DNA from: a virus
Lineage: Duplodnaviria; Caudoviricetes
DNA: 35,780 nucleotides
IMG/VR virus record: IMGVR_UViG_3300030372_002552
Span: 1 to 35,780 of that record
Reading direction: 5' to 3' (one strand)
The translations under genes and the position numbers were made by a program. The first letter of the stretch is position 1. Each line of letters opens with the position of its first letter. The notes beneath the pieces were generated by a model. It worked only from the letters and a program-made list of their open reading frames with translations. It made no database searches and was not told the origin of the DNA. This document shows, piece by piece, positions 1-8,804 of this stretch.

Positions 1-3000
1 CATTTGAAGTCGGTTATAAAGACCATACCCAGTTGTATTTTCTCCACTAGCGGCTTGTGCATGAGTCTCAGAGTATATACCCATAAGATTTGAAAAACCA
101 GCATCAGCATCATTAAACGTCATTGATGTTTCAAGTCCAATAAAATCATCACTTGAATCTGATGCCCCAGCAGTTTTAGTGTGTTTATTTTCTAAACCAC
201 TATATGATGCCGTTGTATCAATAGTGGAATTGTTATTTTTTATTTTACCACAAAAAACTGTCGCTTTGTAACTTTCACTCATATAAACAGAGTCTACCGA
301 TGTATTACCAAGTGTTACTGAGTTATTTCCTTGACCAGCTACACCTTGACCTATTACTATTTGATTAAGTGCACCAGTAGCACTTACTCTTGAATTATGT
401 CCTAATATTGTATTGTTGTCACCAGTTGTTATATTGGTAGCACCTGTTCCTCCAGCCGCATATCCAATGCAAGTGTTACCCGTTCCCGTACTAATGTAAT
501 AACCGCTAAAACTTCCAACACCAGTATTCTCTCCGTGGTCATCTGTATCTGGATTCAATGAATACAATGATGAATAGCCAACTGCTGTATTATTATCACC
601 TACATCCATATTAGAGTAAATAGCTTGGTATCCAAGAGCTGTGTTCCTTTTTCCTGTACTACAACCACTTAATGATTGATACCCAACTGCTGTGTTTTGC
701 TGTCCTTCTGTCAATAAATTAAGTGCTTCATACCCAATAGCTACTGTACCAATAGCATCAGCAGTAACAAGTGCACTAGCCATAGACGAATGACCTACGG
801 CAACTGTTCTTGTGGCACTTGTTGTTGTATGACCAGCAAAGTCTCCCACAAATGTATTTAAAGAACCCACACTTAAATCTTCTCCGCTACGAGAGCCAAG
901 TGCGACATTAAAGTCACCACTTGTAACTGATTTTAAAGCTTGGTAGCCTACTCCAGTATTATAAATGGCATCATTCATAGAGCCAGTTGCAATACTTTCA
1001 CCAACAAAAACATTATAGTTACTACCCGCATCCAATGATGTGGCTGTACTTTTTCCAAAGATAGTATTTGATGTACCGCTATCATTATTAGATAGTGAGA
1101 TTCGGGAGTTGTTGTCAATTATAAAATTTGTTGTACTTTCATTTGTTAAAAATCTATGCTGACTTGATGTACCAGTAGTTGTATAATCTATATGCCCACC
1201 AGATACTGCATTTAATAAATCAATATCAGAATTGCCTGTTGAACCAAATCCAAAAGAACCCATCATAGTAGTAGTTGCATAAAATTCTATAAAACCTATC
1301 GCCCCATTACCAGTTGCAGTATCTTCAAGCCTAATAGCTGGAGTACCACTTTTGATATGCAAAATTCTGTCTGGAGAGTCCTCGTTTATACCAACATTCC
1401 CACCATTAGAAATCCTCATTCTTTCAACAAGCGTTGTAGATGAAGTTGGAGTTGTTGAAAATACTAAATTACCCGGTGACTGACTTGCTGATGGCGGCCC
1501 ACCTTCACTTGAAGAGGTTATAGATGCACCATAACCCGAGTATGTGTTATCACTATAAGCTGACCTAAATCTAATACCTCCGTGCAAATCGTTAGTCTCA
1601 GATGGAGCGGAGGCATTTTCATCATACTGAAAAGTAATATATGAACCACCAGATGCTGTTCCAGACATCTCCATAATTAAGCCATCGCCTTCATTTGTGC
1701 TTGTAATAAAGTGAGCCGCAGGCCCTGTACTATCTTGCTGAATCTTTAAAGGTATAGTACCAGTAGAAGATGCGTGATTATTATGTAAATACATTAAATT
1801 ATTTACATTACTTCCTGTATTACCAGCGTGGTCAATTTTAAAAGCACCATCAGTCGCTGTTGTTGCCATTGAAGTAGATAGGATGTTTGCATTAAATAGA
1901 TGGCCAGTAGTTAAACCACTTGCACCATCAATTCTTATCACTGCTCCAGTTGTTGTTACTGGGCCTTCAAAATAAAGATTATGAGTTGTAGTAGCTTCTG
2001 AATCAATATGCAATGAAAAGGCATCAGTAGCATTTTGGTCTATTTTTACAATTCCAGCAAAAGTAGCATTACCAGAAGGTGTGATTACGAGTGCATTATT
2101 ATAAGCATTATTTTCCAAAACAGAAAACGTCAAAGACGCATCCATATTTGCACCAGTAGAAAAATCTGCTTCTTTTTTAGCAGTTATCTTAGCACCACCT
2201 CTAATAGTCGAACCATCTCCTAAATTAAGACGTAAAGCCGATGTCTCATTTACAGATGAACTGCCACCAGTAACATTGTCAAGTGCTATAAAAGCATCAC
2301 CATCTACGCTTTGTGAAAAAGTAGCACCTTGACTTGAGTCTAATGTAAGTGCATCTGTGCCATTACCACTTCTTAATGTTAAGATACCAGAGGCGTGTTG
2401 AGTGCCAAGTTTTAATGTTTTACTATGGTACTCGTAAAATAGATTCGCACCATTCAAATCATTTGCAGAACCAAATATAATAGATGATGTATGCCCAGAT
2501 GATTCACCAGCCAGAATTGACATTCCAGCATCAGCATTGTTTCTTATAATAAATTCATCACCATCTACATCTGGTGTACCTGAAACTGTACCATCACTAC
2601 CTTGTATTTCTAATTTACCCGCTGGAGAAGTTGTATTTATACCTAATTGACCTGACGAATCTATACGCATACGCTCAGTGAAGGTTGTTCCATCAGAAGT
2701 AGATATTTCTCCAAATGAAACAGGTTCACTGGAATCAGATGGCCCAGCAATTCTAACACCAAAATTTGAGTTTACACCAAGACCAGTAACACTTGTACTG
2801 TTTTTTCTTAGATTAATTATTTGGGAATTGTTACTTGTTACGCCAAAATCTAAATTGACTGATGGTGAAGAATTATTTATGCCAACTCTTGAATTAGTAG
2901 TATCTACAACAAATACATCACCAGCATCAGACTCTTTCCTAACCAGAAAAGCCTCTGTACCAGTAGCATCTATAATTGTGCTATTAGATACAACAGATGT

Positions 3001-3120
3001 TAAATTGATACTTACATCGCCACCTACACCCAGCGATCCAGTAACTGTAAGATCTCCGTCAACTGTCCCTCCTGTAGATAAATTAGCGGCTACCGATTTA
3101 CCAAGGACTGATTCAATCAT
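1..3120 (-). CDS. Large tail/virion fibre protein, allele A (at least 1040 aa, runs off the left edge)
   Basis: ATG at 3120 (MIESVLGKSVAANLSTGGTVDGDLTVTG...). The frame was read at both ends and across the repeat junction and reaches position 1 (...GYGLYNRLQM). It is absent from the ORF track, consistent with having no stop. Contains fibre motifs (RVGINNSSP, ERMRIDSSG) and N-T-A-V-G-Y-Q-S/A-L beta-helix repeats. Confidence 0.85.
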   Translation of the reverse strand, partial: MIESVLGKSVAANLSTGGTVDGDLTVTGSLGVGGDVSINLTSVVSNSTIIDATGTEAFLVRKESDAGDVFVVDTTNSRVGINNSSPSVNLDFGVTSNNSQIINLRKNSTSVTGLGVNSNFGVRIAGPSDSSEPVSFGEISTSDGTTFTERMRIDSSGQLGINTTSPAGKLEIQGSDGTVSGTPDVDGDEFIIRNNADAGMSILAGESSGHTSSIIFGSANDLNGANLFYEYHSKTLKLGTQHASGILTLRSGNGTDALTLDSSQGATFSQSVDGDAFIALDNVTGGSSSVNETSALRLNLGDGSTIRGGAKITAKKEADFSTGANMDASLTFSVLENNAYNNALVITPSGNATFAGIVKIDQNATDAFSLHIDSEATTTHNLYFEGPVTTTGAVIRIDGASGLTTGHLFNANILSTSMATTATDGAFKIDHAGNTGSNVNNLMYLHNNHASSTGTIPLKIQQDSTGPAAHFITSTNEGDGLIMEMSGTASGGSYITFQYDENASAPSETNDLHGGIRFRSAYSDNTYSGYGASITSSSEGGPPSASQSPGNLVFSTTPTSSTTLVERMRISNGGNVGINEDSPDRILHIKSGTPAIRLEDTATGNGAIGFIEFYATTTMMGSFGFGSTGNSDIDLLNAVSGGHIDYTTTGTSSQHRFLTNESTTNFIIDNNSRISLSNNDSGTSNTIFGKSTATSLDAGSNYNVFVGESIATGSMNDAIYNTGVGYQALKSVTSGDFNVALGSRSGEDLSVGSLNTFVGDFAGHTTTSATRTVAVGHSSMASALVTADAIGTVAIGYEALNLLTEGQQNTAVGYQSLSGCSTGKRNTALGYQAIYSNMDVGDNNTAVGYSSLYSLNPDTDDHGENTGVGSFSGYYISTGTGNTCIGYAAGGTGATNITTGDNNTILGHNSRVSATGALNQIVIGQGVAGQGNNSVTLGNTSVDSVYMSESYKATVFCGKIKNNNSTIDTTASYSGLENKHTKTAGASDSSDDFIGLETSMTFNDADAGFSNLMGIYSETHAQAASGENTTGYGLYNRLQM
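709..1254. repeat. Copy 1 of a ~546-bp direct repeat shared with 35235-35780
   Basis: Constant offset of 34,526 with no indels. 1105-1254 is identical to 35631-35780. About 27 substitutions (hand count) in 721-1104. Confidence 0.95.
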
Positions 3121-3123
3121 AAT

Positions 3124-3462
3124 TTATACCTCAACGATCCTTACGGCCCCTGCGGAACCCTTGCCTAAATGATTAAAAAACACAGTAGAACCAAGCGATC
3201 TTGGTATTGTTAAAAATACAAGAGTTGACGATGGGATAATTAAATCATTTGCTGTAGTAATATCTGTCTGAGAGGCACTAAAATTAAAATATAATTCTAC
3301 TGCACTATGCACGCCTATCTGTGAAGTTGTTTCACCTACGCTGAAATGAATCGTGTCTGTATTTGCAGTGCCTGAATGGGTAGCCACTGTGGCTACTGAC
3401 CATCCACCACCAACGCTAATATTGACGGCCTCCTGTACCGATCTTTTATGTAAATCTGCCAT
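3124..3462 (-). CDS. Putative virion structural/decoration protein
   Basis: 112-aa beta-rich ORF with SD-like GGGGTAGG, in the capsid operon. Its N-terminus (KRSVQEAVNISVG) resembles that of the neighbouring gene. Confidence 0.6.
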   Translation of the reverse strand: MADLHKRSVQEAVNISVGGGWSVATVATHSGTANTDTIHFSVGETTSQIGVHSAVELYFNFSASQTDITTANDLIIPSSTLVFLTIPRSLGSTVFFNHLGKGSAGAVRIVEV

Positions 3463-3471
3463 GCCTACCCC

Positions 3472-3783
3472 TTATCCAAAATATGCGATTACTTTGCCAC
3501 TTGACAAAGTAAAGTTGTTATATGATCCGTAAACCCAATCTCCTTGCTTTAATGTGTCAGAAAAAGCATCTCCATTATACTCGGATGCTGTGCTTGTTCT
3601 TCCAAAAAAAATACTGCTTGATGGAGTCAGGGTTGCAAATACTGAATCTGCTACAGCCATGATGGCTACGATCTTTTTCCCTGTAGGAGCTGAGACAGCC
3701 GTAGTGCCGCTTTCATAGACACTACCATTCTGTCCAAGTTGGATATTTAGTGCCTCATTAGCACCAAACTTATTTATTGCCAT
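3472..3783 (-). CDS. Putative virion structural/decoration protein
   Basis: 103-aa S/T/G-rich ORF downstream of the capsid gene; SD AAGGTG. Confidence 0.6.
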   Translation of the reverse strand: MAINKFGANEALNIQLGQNGSVYESGTTAVSAPTGKKIVAIMAVADSVFATLTPSSSIFFGRTSTASEYNGDAFSDTLKQGDWVYGSYNNFTLSSGKVIAYFG

Positions 3784-3850
3784 TTTATCACCTTTTATTT
3801 AGGTCGCCATTGAAGGACTTAGCTTGTCCATGAACAGGCCGTTAAAACGA

Positions 3851-4087
3851 TTATAGGCGTGCTAAAAGCTGTTTCTTTGAGTCGCCTCTATCATAATCTA
3901 CATCATTATCAGACATCCATTCTCTAATGTCGTTTATTTTCCACGCCATTGAGGGCATATCTTTCTTTGATGCCTTTACTTCAACTGCACCATTTGCAAG
4001 CAAATCATTACAGGTATCTTTTCCTCCATCACTGGAGTCATCAACCTGAAAAGTCTCATCTTCATTGGGCCATTTAAATGTTCTCAT
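3851..4087 (-). CDS. Small protein with C-terminal HeH/LEM-like motif
   Basis: WKINDIREWMSDNDVDYDRGDSKKQLLARL fits the helix-extended-helix pattern often found after capsid genes. Confidence 0.6.
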   Translation of the reverse strand: MRTFKWPNEDETFQVDDSSDGGKDTCNDLLANGAVEVKASKKDMPSMAWKINDIREWMSDNDVDYDRGDSKKQLLARL

Positions 4088-4105
4088 AATTAATCCTGCT
4101 TTGAA

Positions 4106-4133
4106 TTTAGGGCCGTTTAAACACGGCCCTAAA
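4106..4133. terminator. Perfect 11-bp hairpin downstream of the major capsid gene (terminator or mRNA-stabilising stem)
   Basis: TTTAGGGCCGT-6nt-ACGGCCCTAAA. The U-tract is poor on the minus strand. Confidence 0.6.
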
Positions 4134-4148
4134 ATCTTTTTTCAGTTA

Positions 4149-5036
4149 TTAACTTGCGTTAGTGAACTTGTAACCTCTGATATTATCAGAGTCATCAAGT
4201 AGCTTTACACCATACAGGGTATGGGCTACAACTTTCGTCCCCAAAACATCAATATCATACTGATTTTTAACGTCAATATCTCTTTGTACTGCCATAGCAC
4301 ATGCACTCTTGTGATAAATCACACCAGATACGTTTGTACCGCCTGTTGATAAAGAGTTAGACATTAGCACTGGCATACCCATCAATCTGCCAACAACCCC
4401 AGATAGAGCTGGGCTATTATCAGAGTTGAAACCAGTAATATCAGACCTGACAAAACTTGCACCAAAAGTACCAGCAGGATTAAGCATGTCTGCATATAAC
4501 TTTGGATTAACAACAAAGAAAACATCACCAGATGTATAGTCAATGTCATTCTCGCCAAGATTAGCAATAGCGGCCTCAAACTCGGCGGCTGTAATTTGGT
4601 CATCTGTCGTTAAGGTTGCACCATTATTAACAGTGATCAACTGTGCCGCAATGTCTGAATCAACCTGCTTTGCGAGGGCATAGCCCATAGCTTTGCCGTA
4701 TGCAGAAATAAGATCATAAGATGACTGAACCTGTAAAACATCAGTAAACAGCTTTGCACTGTAGTAGTGCTTGTCTATTGTAAGCTGTGTGTTTGTTTCA
4801 GCAGGAGCTACATAGCTAACCTGTGCACCATCAGTAAGACTGGATGCAGTCATTTTTGCGATTTCAGGAATATGGATAATTTTTCCGCTACCCTGAACAA
4901 GTGAAGAATAATCCTCAACAGTATTTTTAAAGACTAATCTTTCCTCAAAATATTTATAGATTAAGTCTCCCCAGAGCTCTGGAATAAAATCCTGTGTTAC
5001 TCCAGTATCAAATATAGTTCCAGAAGGTGTTGCCAT
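4149..5036 (-). CDS. Major capsid protein (HK97 fold)
   Basis: FIPELW, IHIP, LTIDK, GYALAKQVD, VGRLMGMPVLMSN and LYGVK motifs; follows the scaffold gene. Confidence 0.9.
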   Translation of the reverse strand: MATPSGTIFDTGVTQDFIPELWGDLIYKYFEERLVFKNTVEDYSSLVQGSGKIIHIPEIAKMTASSLTDGAQVSYVAPAETNTQLTIDKHYYSAKLFTDVLQVQSSYDLISAYGKAMGYALAKQVDSDIAAQLITVNNGATLTTDDQITAAEFEAAIANLGENDIDYTSGDVFFVVNPKLYADMLNPAGTFGASFVRSDITGFNSDNSPALSGVVGRLMGMPVLMSNSLSTGGTNVSGVIYHKSACAMAVQRDIDVKNQYDIDVLGTKVVAHTLYGVKLLDDSDNIRGYKFTNAS

Positions 5037-5037
5037 T

Positions 5038-5592
5038 TTAATTTACCTTTTGTTTGCGTGTGGACTTTCGGTCATAGGCTTTAAGCAATTCTCCAAAATT
5101 TTGACGTTTAAACTTGTCATCATTTGTCATAAATGTATCAAGATTAACGTTTTGATTAGTACGCCCTTGCACAGCCTCTGCTGGGTTGGATACGTCAGGA
5201 GCATCTTTCTGCCTCACGAAATGTCGTAATTGTTCTAAATTCATGTTTTCATAATGCACCCTCTCATCTTCAGGAATAGCCTCTAATAGTGACTCCCTCT
5301 GAGCCGCTACCTGCTTTTCAAACACGCCCAATCTACTTTCCATTGCTTTGTTTTGCTCTCGTAATTCAGCAATTAAATCATCTTTTTTACCTTCAGCAAT
5401 TAGCTTTGCCTGACGATCTTCCTCTGCCTTTACAGACAGCTTATCGTTTTTAGACTCAGCCTCCTGTGCTCTGGATCTCAAAGATTGAGAATACTTTTTT
5501 TCCTTCTGATACAGTGCCTCGTAATCTACATCCCCATCTGGTGACATAGTTTGAGCATCCTGCTCTTCAACTTGTGTTGTTTCTTCAGCCAT
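5038..5592 (-). CDS. Capsid scaffolding protein
   Basis: Acidic N-terminus and long coiled coil, directly upstream of the capsid gene; SD AGGGAG. Confidence 0.8.
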   Translation of the reverse strand: MAEETTQVEEQDAQTMSPDGDVDYEALYQKEKKYSQSLRSRAQEAESKNDKLSVKAEEDRQAKLIAEGKKDDLIAELREQNKAMESRLGVFEKQVAAQRESLLEAIPEDERVHYENMNLEQLRHFVRQKDAPDVSNPAEAVQGRTNQNVNLDTFMTNDDKFKRQNFGELLKAYDRKSTRKQKVN

Positions 5593-5631
5593 CTGGCTTA
5601 TCTCCCTGCTTTTTTCATATATGAATATAGG

Positions 5632-5649
5632 CTTAAAATTATTTTTAAG
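5632..5649. promoter_or_regulatory. Near-palindromic 18-mer, candidate operator
   Basis: CTTAAAATTATTTTTAAG. Its reverse complement recurs at 12786-12803 at nearly the same distance from the island promoter. Confidence 0.4.
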
Positions 5650-5666
5650 AGTATATATTTTTTTTC

Positions 5667-5711
5667 TTGCACTATATGCCTCTTATGTGTTATACTTGTT
5701 ATAGATATGAT
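5667..5711 (+). promoter_or_regulatory. Island promoter P1
   Basis: TTGCAC-N18-TATACT (extended TGn) followed by the invariant TGTTATAGATATGAT. Confidence 0.85.
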
Positions 5712-5750
5712 GATTGATTTTAAACATTTTAAAAGAGGAGATAAAAAAAA

Positions 5751-6035
5751 ATGAAAAAAGCAGACATAATAAAAGAATTAATTGGCTCTGAGTTTCATTT
5801 CTATGATTATGGAATATGTTATCTTAGAGAAAATGGAGTCATAGTTCACTGGGGAGAGCCTTGCTATGTTGAACATAATGGCAAAGAGGTAATTGCAAAC
5901 CTTTACAAACTTCCAAAGGTCTGGGCTGAGTGCTGTGCAAATAGCAATTACTATTACGAGTGGTATGGGCCAGAAGATAAAGAGGTTTACAGCCGCATGC
6001 TTAGAGAAGAGTTAAAAATGGAGTTTGGAATATGA
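5751..6035 (+). CDS. Hypothetical early protein
   Basis: 94-aa ORF with SD AGAGGAG, directly downstream of P1. Confidence 0.75.
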   Translation: MKKADIIKELIGSEFHFYDYGICYLRENGVIVHWGEPCYVEHNGKEVIANLYKLPKVWAECCANSNYYYEWYGPEDKEVYSRMLREELKMEFGI

Positions 6036-6400
6036 TGAAAATACATGACATGACAAATGTAAAAGATTATTCTGTTGAGTATGACAAGATAATGAATACT
6101 AACCTTGAAATCATATACAATGCAAACAAGGAATATAATTCTCTAAAGGAGATGTACTCTTTCTCTGTTGATCCAAAATACACTTATATAAAGAGCGTTC
6201 CTTTTGGCGTGAATGGTTATACTCATCCTGTTCATAATAAATGGGTAGATGATATTCTTGAGTACATGGGAATAGAAAAAAATGCATGTTTGGACAGCCC
6301 AAGGCACAATAATAAACTAAGATATTCTTTCAAAAGCTATGAGGAGGCCGTTGCGGCGTTGTTCATGGTAAAAAAGTCAATAGATAAACACCATAAATAG
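6032..6400 (+). CDS. Hypothetical early protein
   Basis: 122-aa ORF coupled to the previous gene by an ATGA overlap. Confidence 0.7.
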   Translation: MMKIHDMTNVKDYSVEYDKIMNTNLEIIYNANKEYNSLKEMYSFSVDPKYTYIKSVPFGVNGYTHPVHNKWVDDILEYMGIEKNACLDSPRHNNKLRYSFKSYEEAVAALFMVKKSIDKHHK

Positions 6401-6423
6401 TATCCAAAAAAGGAGGTAGTTAA

Positions 6424-6780
6424 ATGACAAAATTAATGCAGTTGTACGATGTTATGAGAAAACAACATTGGACAGTAAGAATAATTGACGAAGGCGATAG
6501 GTATGGCCGTGACATGTGCCTTGTTCAAGAAAAAAGTGAGTATGGCCCTATTGTTGAGTTTTACGATGCTGACCATGATTTTGACAGAGGGCCAAACAAT
6601 GAGTATCTTGGCCAGTTTGTTTCCAGATATTATATTGAAACTTTACTAAGCGATGATTATGGTGGTGCAATAGGAACAGGTAGAGGATTAAATTTATGTG
6701 GACATGAGCCCAAGTGGGAGATCAGTGGCCCAGCAATGGACAGAGTAGCTGAATTTTGTAACAATTATATTAATCAGTAA
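6424..6780 (+). CDS. Conserved hypothetical mobile-element protein
   Basis: Strong SD AAGGAGGT. The GDRYG...VEFYD...GQFVSRYYxxTL...GLxL motif resembles small proteins of phage/plasmid early regions. Confidence 0.75.
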   Translation: MTKLMQLYDVMRKQHWTVRIIDEGDRYGRDMCLVQEKSEYGPIVEFYDADHDFDRGPNNEYLGQFVSRYYIETLLSDDYGGAIGTGRGLNLCGHEPKWEISGPAMDRVAEFCNNYINQ

Positions 6781-6815
6781 TAGATATATATATTTAAAAA
6801 GTAGTAAATTTTAAT

Positions 6816-7106
6816 ATGGCAAAACCAATTATAGATTATGTTGCCATCTATGGTATGGTAGATACACCAGATGCACCATCTGCTGTTGCACGGCGTACAA
6901 GGTCTGACGATCCAGATATTTACTTAACAGAAATATGCACACCACGATCTAAGTGGGAAGAGTCTAACACTGTTATACGCCACTTCATTGGCTTGGAGTC
7001 TAACAGTGAGCCAGTACCTGAAAAAGTTGCTATGTATTTTGTGGATCAGTGGCGTGATGACTGGCCACAGCCAAAATTTGAGACTGGCGAAAAAGATCTT
7101 AGATAA
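6816..7106 (+). CDS. Putative immunity protein for the MuF-fused RelA/SpoT-type toxin
   Basis: 96-aa acidic ORF, tail-to-tail (8-nt overlap) with the toxin gene. The YxA...PxxVxRR...E...W...G...VxExxA...W pattern resembles small proteins next to such toxins. No SD; TAAATT lies 5 nt before the ATG. Confidence 0.6.
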   Translation: MAKPIIDYVAIYGMVDTPDAPSAVARRTRSDDPDIYLTEICTPRSKWEESNTVIRHFIGLESNSEPVPEKVAMYFVDQWRDDWPQPKFETGEKDLR

Positions 7107-8313
7107 GTTCAATTCCTAAGTTTTCTAAATATTGTTTAAAAGTATTTAGCTCATTTATTTGATTCCATCCTGCTGGCTCTGGTACACTTTTGTAAATATT
7201 AACTAATTGATTATCTAATTGTTTTTTTCTTGCTTTTGTAGTGCCCACCAGCCTGTACTCTTCATATATTTTATGAGCTTGATCCATTTTTACTTTAAAT
7301 GATACTGGTGTATGAAATTGCAACTCAACATATTGGCCGTAGGGATTAGCCCAAGCAGTGTTGATACCTTTGTACCCTGAATCTGGCCCCCATGTATTTT
7401 TTACTTTAAAACTTTTCCACCCAAGATCCTTTAGATCGTCAATAGTGCCGAGGGTTGCTTTTACATAGGTGGCATCATCTACCAGCATTGTATAACGTAA
7501 GGCATCTTTTACATTTTGGATTAGCACATCTCTGGCACTGTATTTGTTTTCCATACTCTCTGTTACAATCTTTCGTATTAAACTATCTCTTGACTTTAAA
7601 TGATATGCTAACCCTTCCATTTTGCCACCATTTTTAGTTGCCAATTTTTTGAATATGGAATCTGTTTCATCTACATATATTTTAGCTTTTCTGATTGCTT
7701 TATCAGCTAAAGGTGCGGCCTCTACGCCATTTAACGGCATAAAAACATCTGGCCTGCGTTGCCTTTCCATTGTTCTTTGCATCTGGATCCTTGGCGATAT
7801 TTTACCAGATGGATCTAAAATGCAATAGCAGTAACCACCACAAACTGACCATCCTGTTGCTGGCAGACCTGCACCTTCCCAATCCTTTAACGTTTGCATC
7901 TGGCCGCCTCTTGGTGCACAGTCCGCACAAATTCTATGGCCTGCCACTGTGATCCAAGTAAATAAAGTTTTATCATTTACATCATAAGCCTCAAAAGCTC
8001 CAGCTCTACCAGAATTATTTATACCTTCAACCAGACTTTCTTTTATAGTATTTCTAATTTCTCCAAAAATTGCACCTCCGTTGGCCATATCGTTAGCAAG
8101 CCCAGCAGTGATTGCCGCAGTGCTCATGCCAGCCGCAGACTGAGTTGCTATTGTTTTATTCACTCTGGATTCAAATATATTTGCATCAAACAGCATTTTA
8201 TTCATTGTTTGATCTAATAATTCCCTTGCCTCTGGAGGTAGCTTTGCAAGGCCATCTAAAACATCTTTAAAATCGCTACCAAATAATGCTATCAGTTCTT
8301 TTTGCGTAGCCAT
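7099..8313 (-). CDS. MuF/SPP1 gp7-like minor head protein fused to a RelA/SpoT-like nucleotidyltransferase (Apk2/Tas1-like) toxin domain
   Basis: MuF motif WITVAGHRICADC...LP...CGGYCYCIL. C-terminal synthetase motifs LKSRDSLIRK, DALRYT, KNTW..SGYKGIN, VELQFHT, HKIYEEYR. Confidence 0.88.
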   Translation of the reverse strand: MATQKELIALFGSDFKDVLDGLAKLPPEARELLDQTMNKMLFDANIFESRVNKTIATQSAAGMSTAAITAGLANDMANGGAIFGEIRNTIKESLVEGINNSGRAGAFEAYDVNDKTLFTWITVAGHRICADCAPRGGQMQTLKDWEGAGLPATGWSVCGGYCYCILDPSGKISPRIQMQRTMERQRRPDVFMPLNGVEAAPLADKAIRKAKIYVDETDSIFKKLATKNGGKMEGLAYHLKSRDSLIRKIVTESMENKYSARDVLIQNVKDALRYTMLVDDATYVKATLGTIDDLKDLGWKSFKVKNTWGPDSGYKGINTAWANPYGQYVELQFHTPVSFKVKMDQAHKIYEEYRLVGTTKARKKQLDNQLVNIYKSVPEPAGWNQINELNTFKQYLENLGIELI

Positions 8314-8804
8314 TAAATATCAATAGATTTTACAATTCTTCTAAGCGACATTCTCACATACTTTTCATACTGAGCACCATTTTTACGCATATCTTTTGTA
8401 ACGCCAAACCATTCACGCTTTGGAACTTTTTTATCTGGTATCATGGAATTAGATCCAGTTTTAAATCCTTCATTATGATATACGCCATAGTCAGTTTGCA
8501 TCTTAACTTGTGAAACTAATTTTGATGGCTTTGCTGGTATCACTTTAGTATTTCTTAATTTTTTTTGCCTCTCGCCTTTCATCCTGTCCAGTGGTGTAAA
8601 TCCTTGACCTCGTTTATTTCTGATGTCCAGAGTTGATTGTTTTAATTTTTCAAATGATTTACCATTTATATCTACAGAGCTACTAAGGCCTCTTTGTATA
8701 GACTCGTTTTGATACACGGCCATCTGTGATAATGTATCTGCAATAATATTAGTGATTAATTTTGTTGCTTTTTTAAAACTATAATTTCTTTTAGACTTAA
8801 TCAT
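8313..8804 (-). CDS. Virion morphogenesis protein (Mu gpG-like)
   Basis: YGVYHNEG...VPKREWFG motif; basic protein. Confidence 0.7.
   Translation of the reverse strand: MIKSKRNYSFKKATKLITNIIADTLSQMAVYQNESIQRGLSSSVDINGKSFEKLKQSTLDIRNKRGQGFTPLDRMKGERQKKLRNTKVIPAKPSKLVSQVKMQTDYGVYHNEGFKTGSNSMIPDKKVPKREWFGVTKDMRKNGAQYEKYVRMSLRRIVKSIDI

Noticed and set aside
709-1254. Diversity-generating retroelement TR/VR pair (with 35235-35780)
   Set aside because: Mismatches involve all four bases, many are synonymous, none show adenine specificity, and no reverse transcriptase is present.
2035-3172. Plus-strand ORFs 2035-2223 and 2678-3172 (and similar shadows over tape measure, tail and lysis genes)
   Set aside because: These are antisense shadows of well-supported minus-strand genes.
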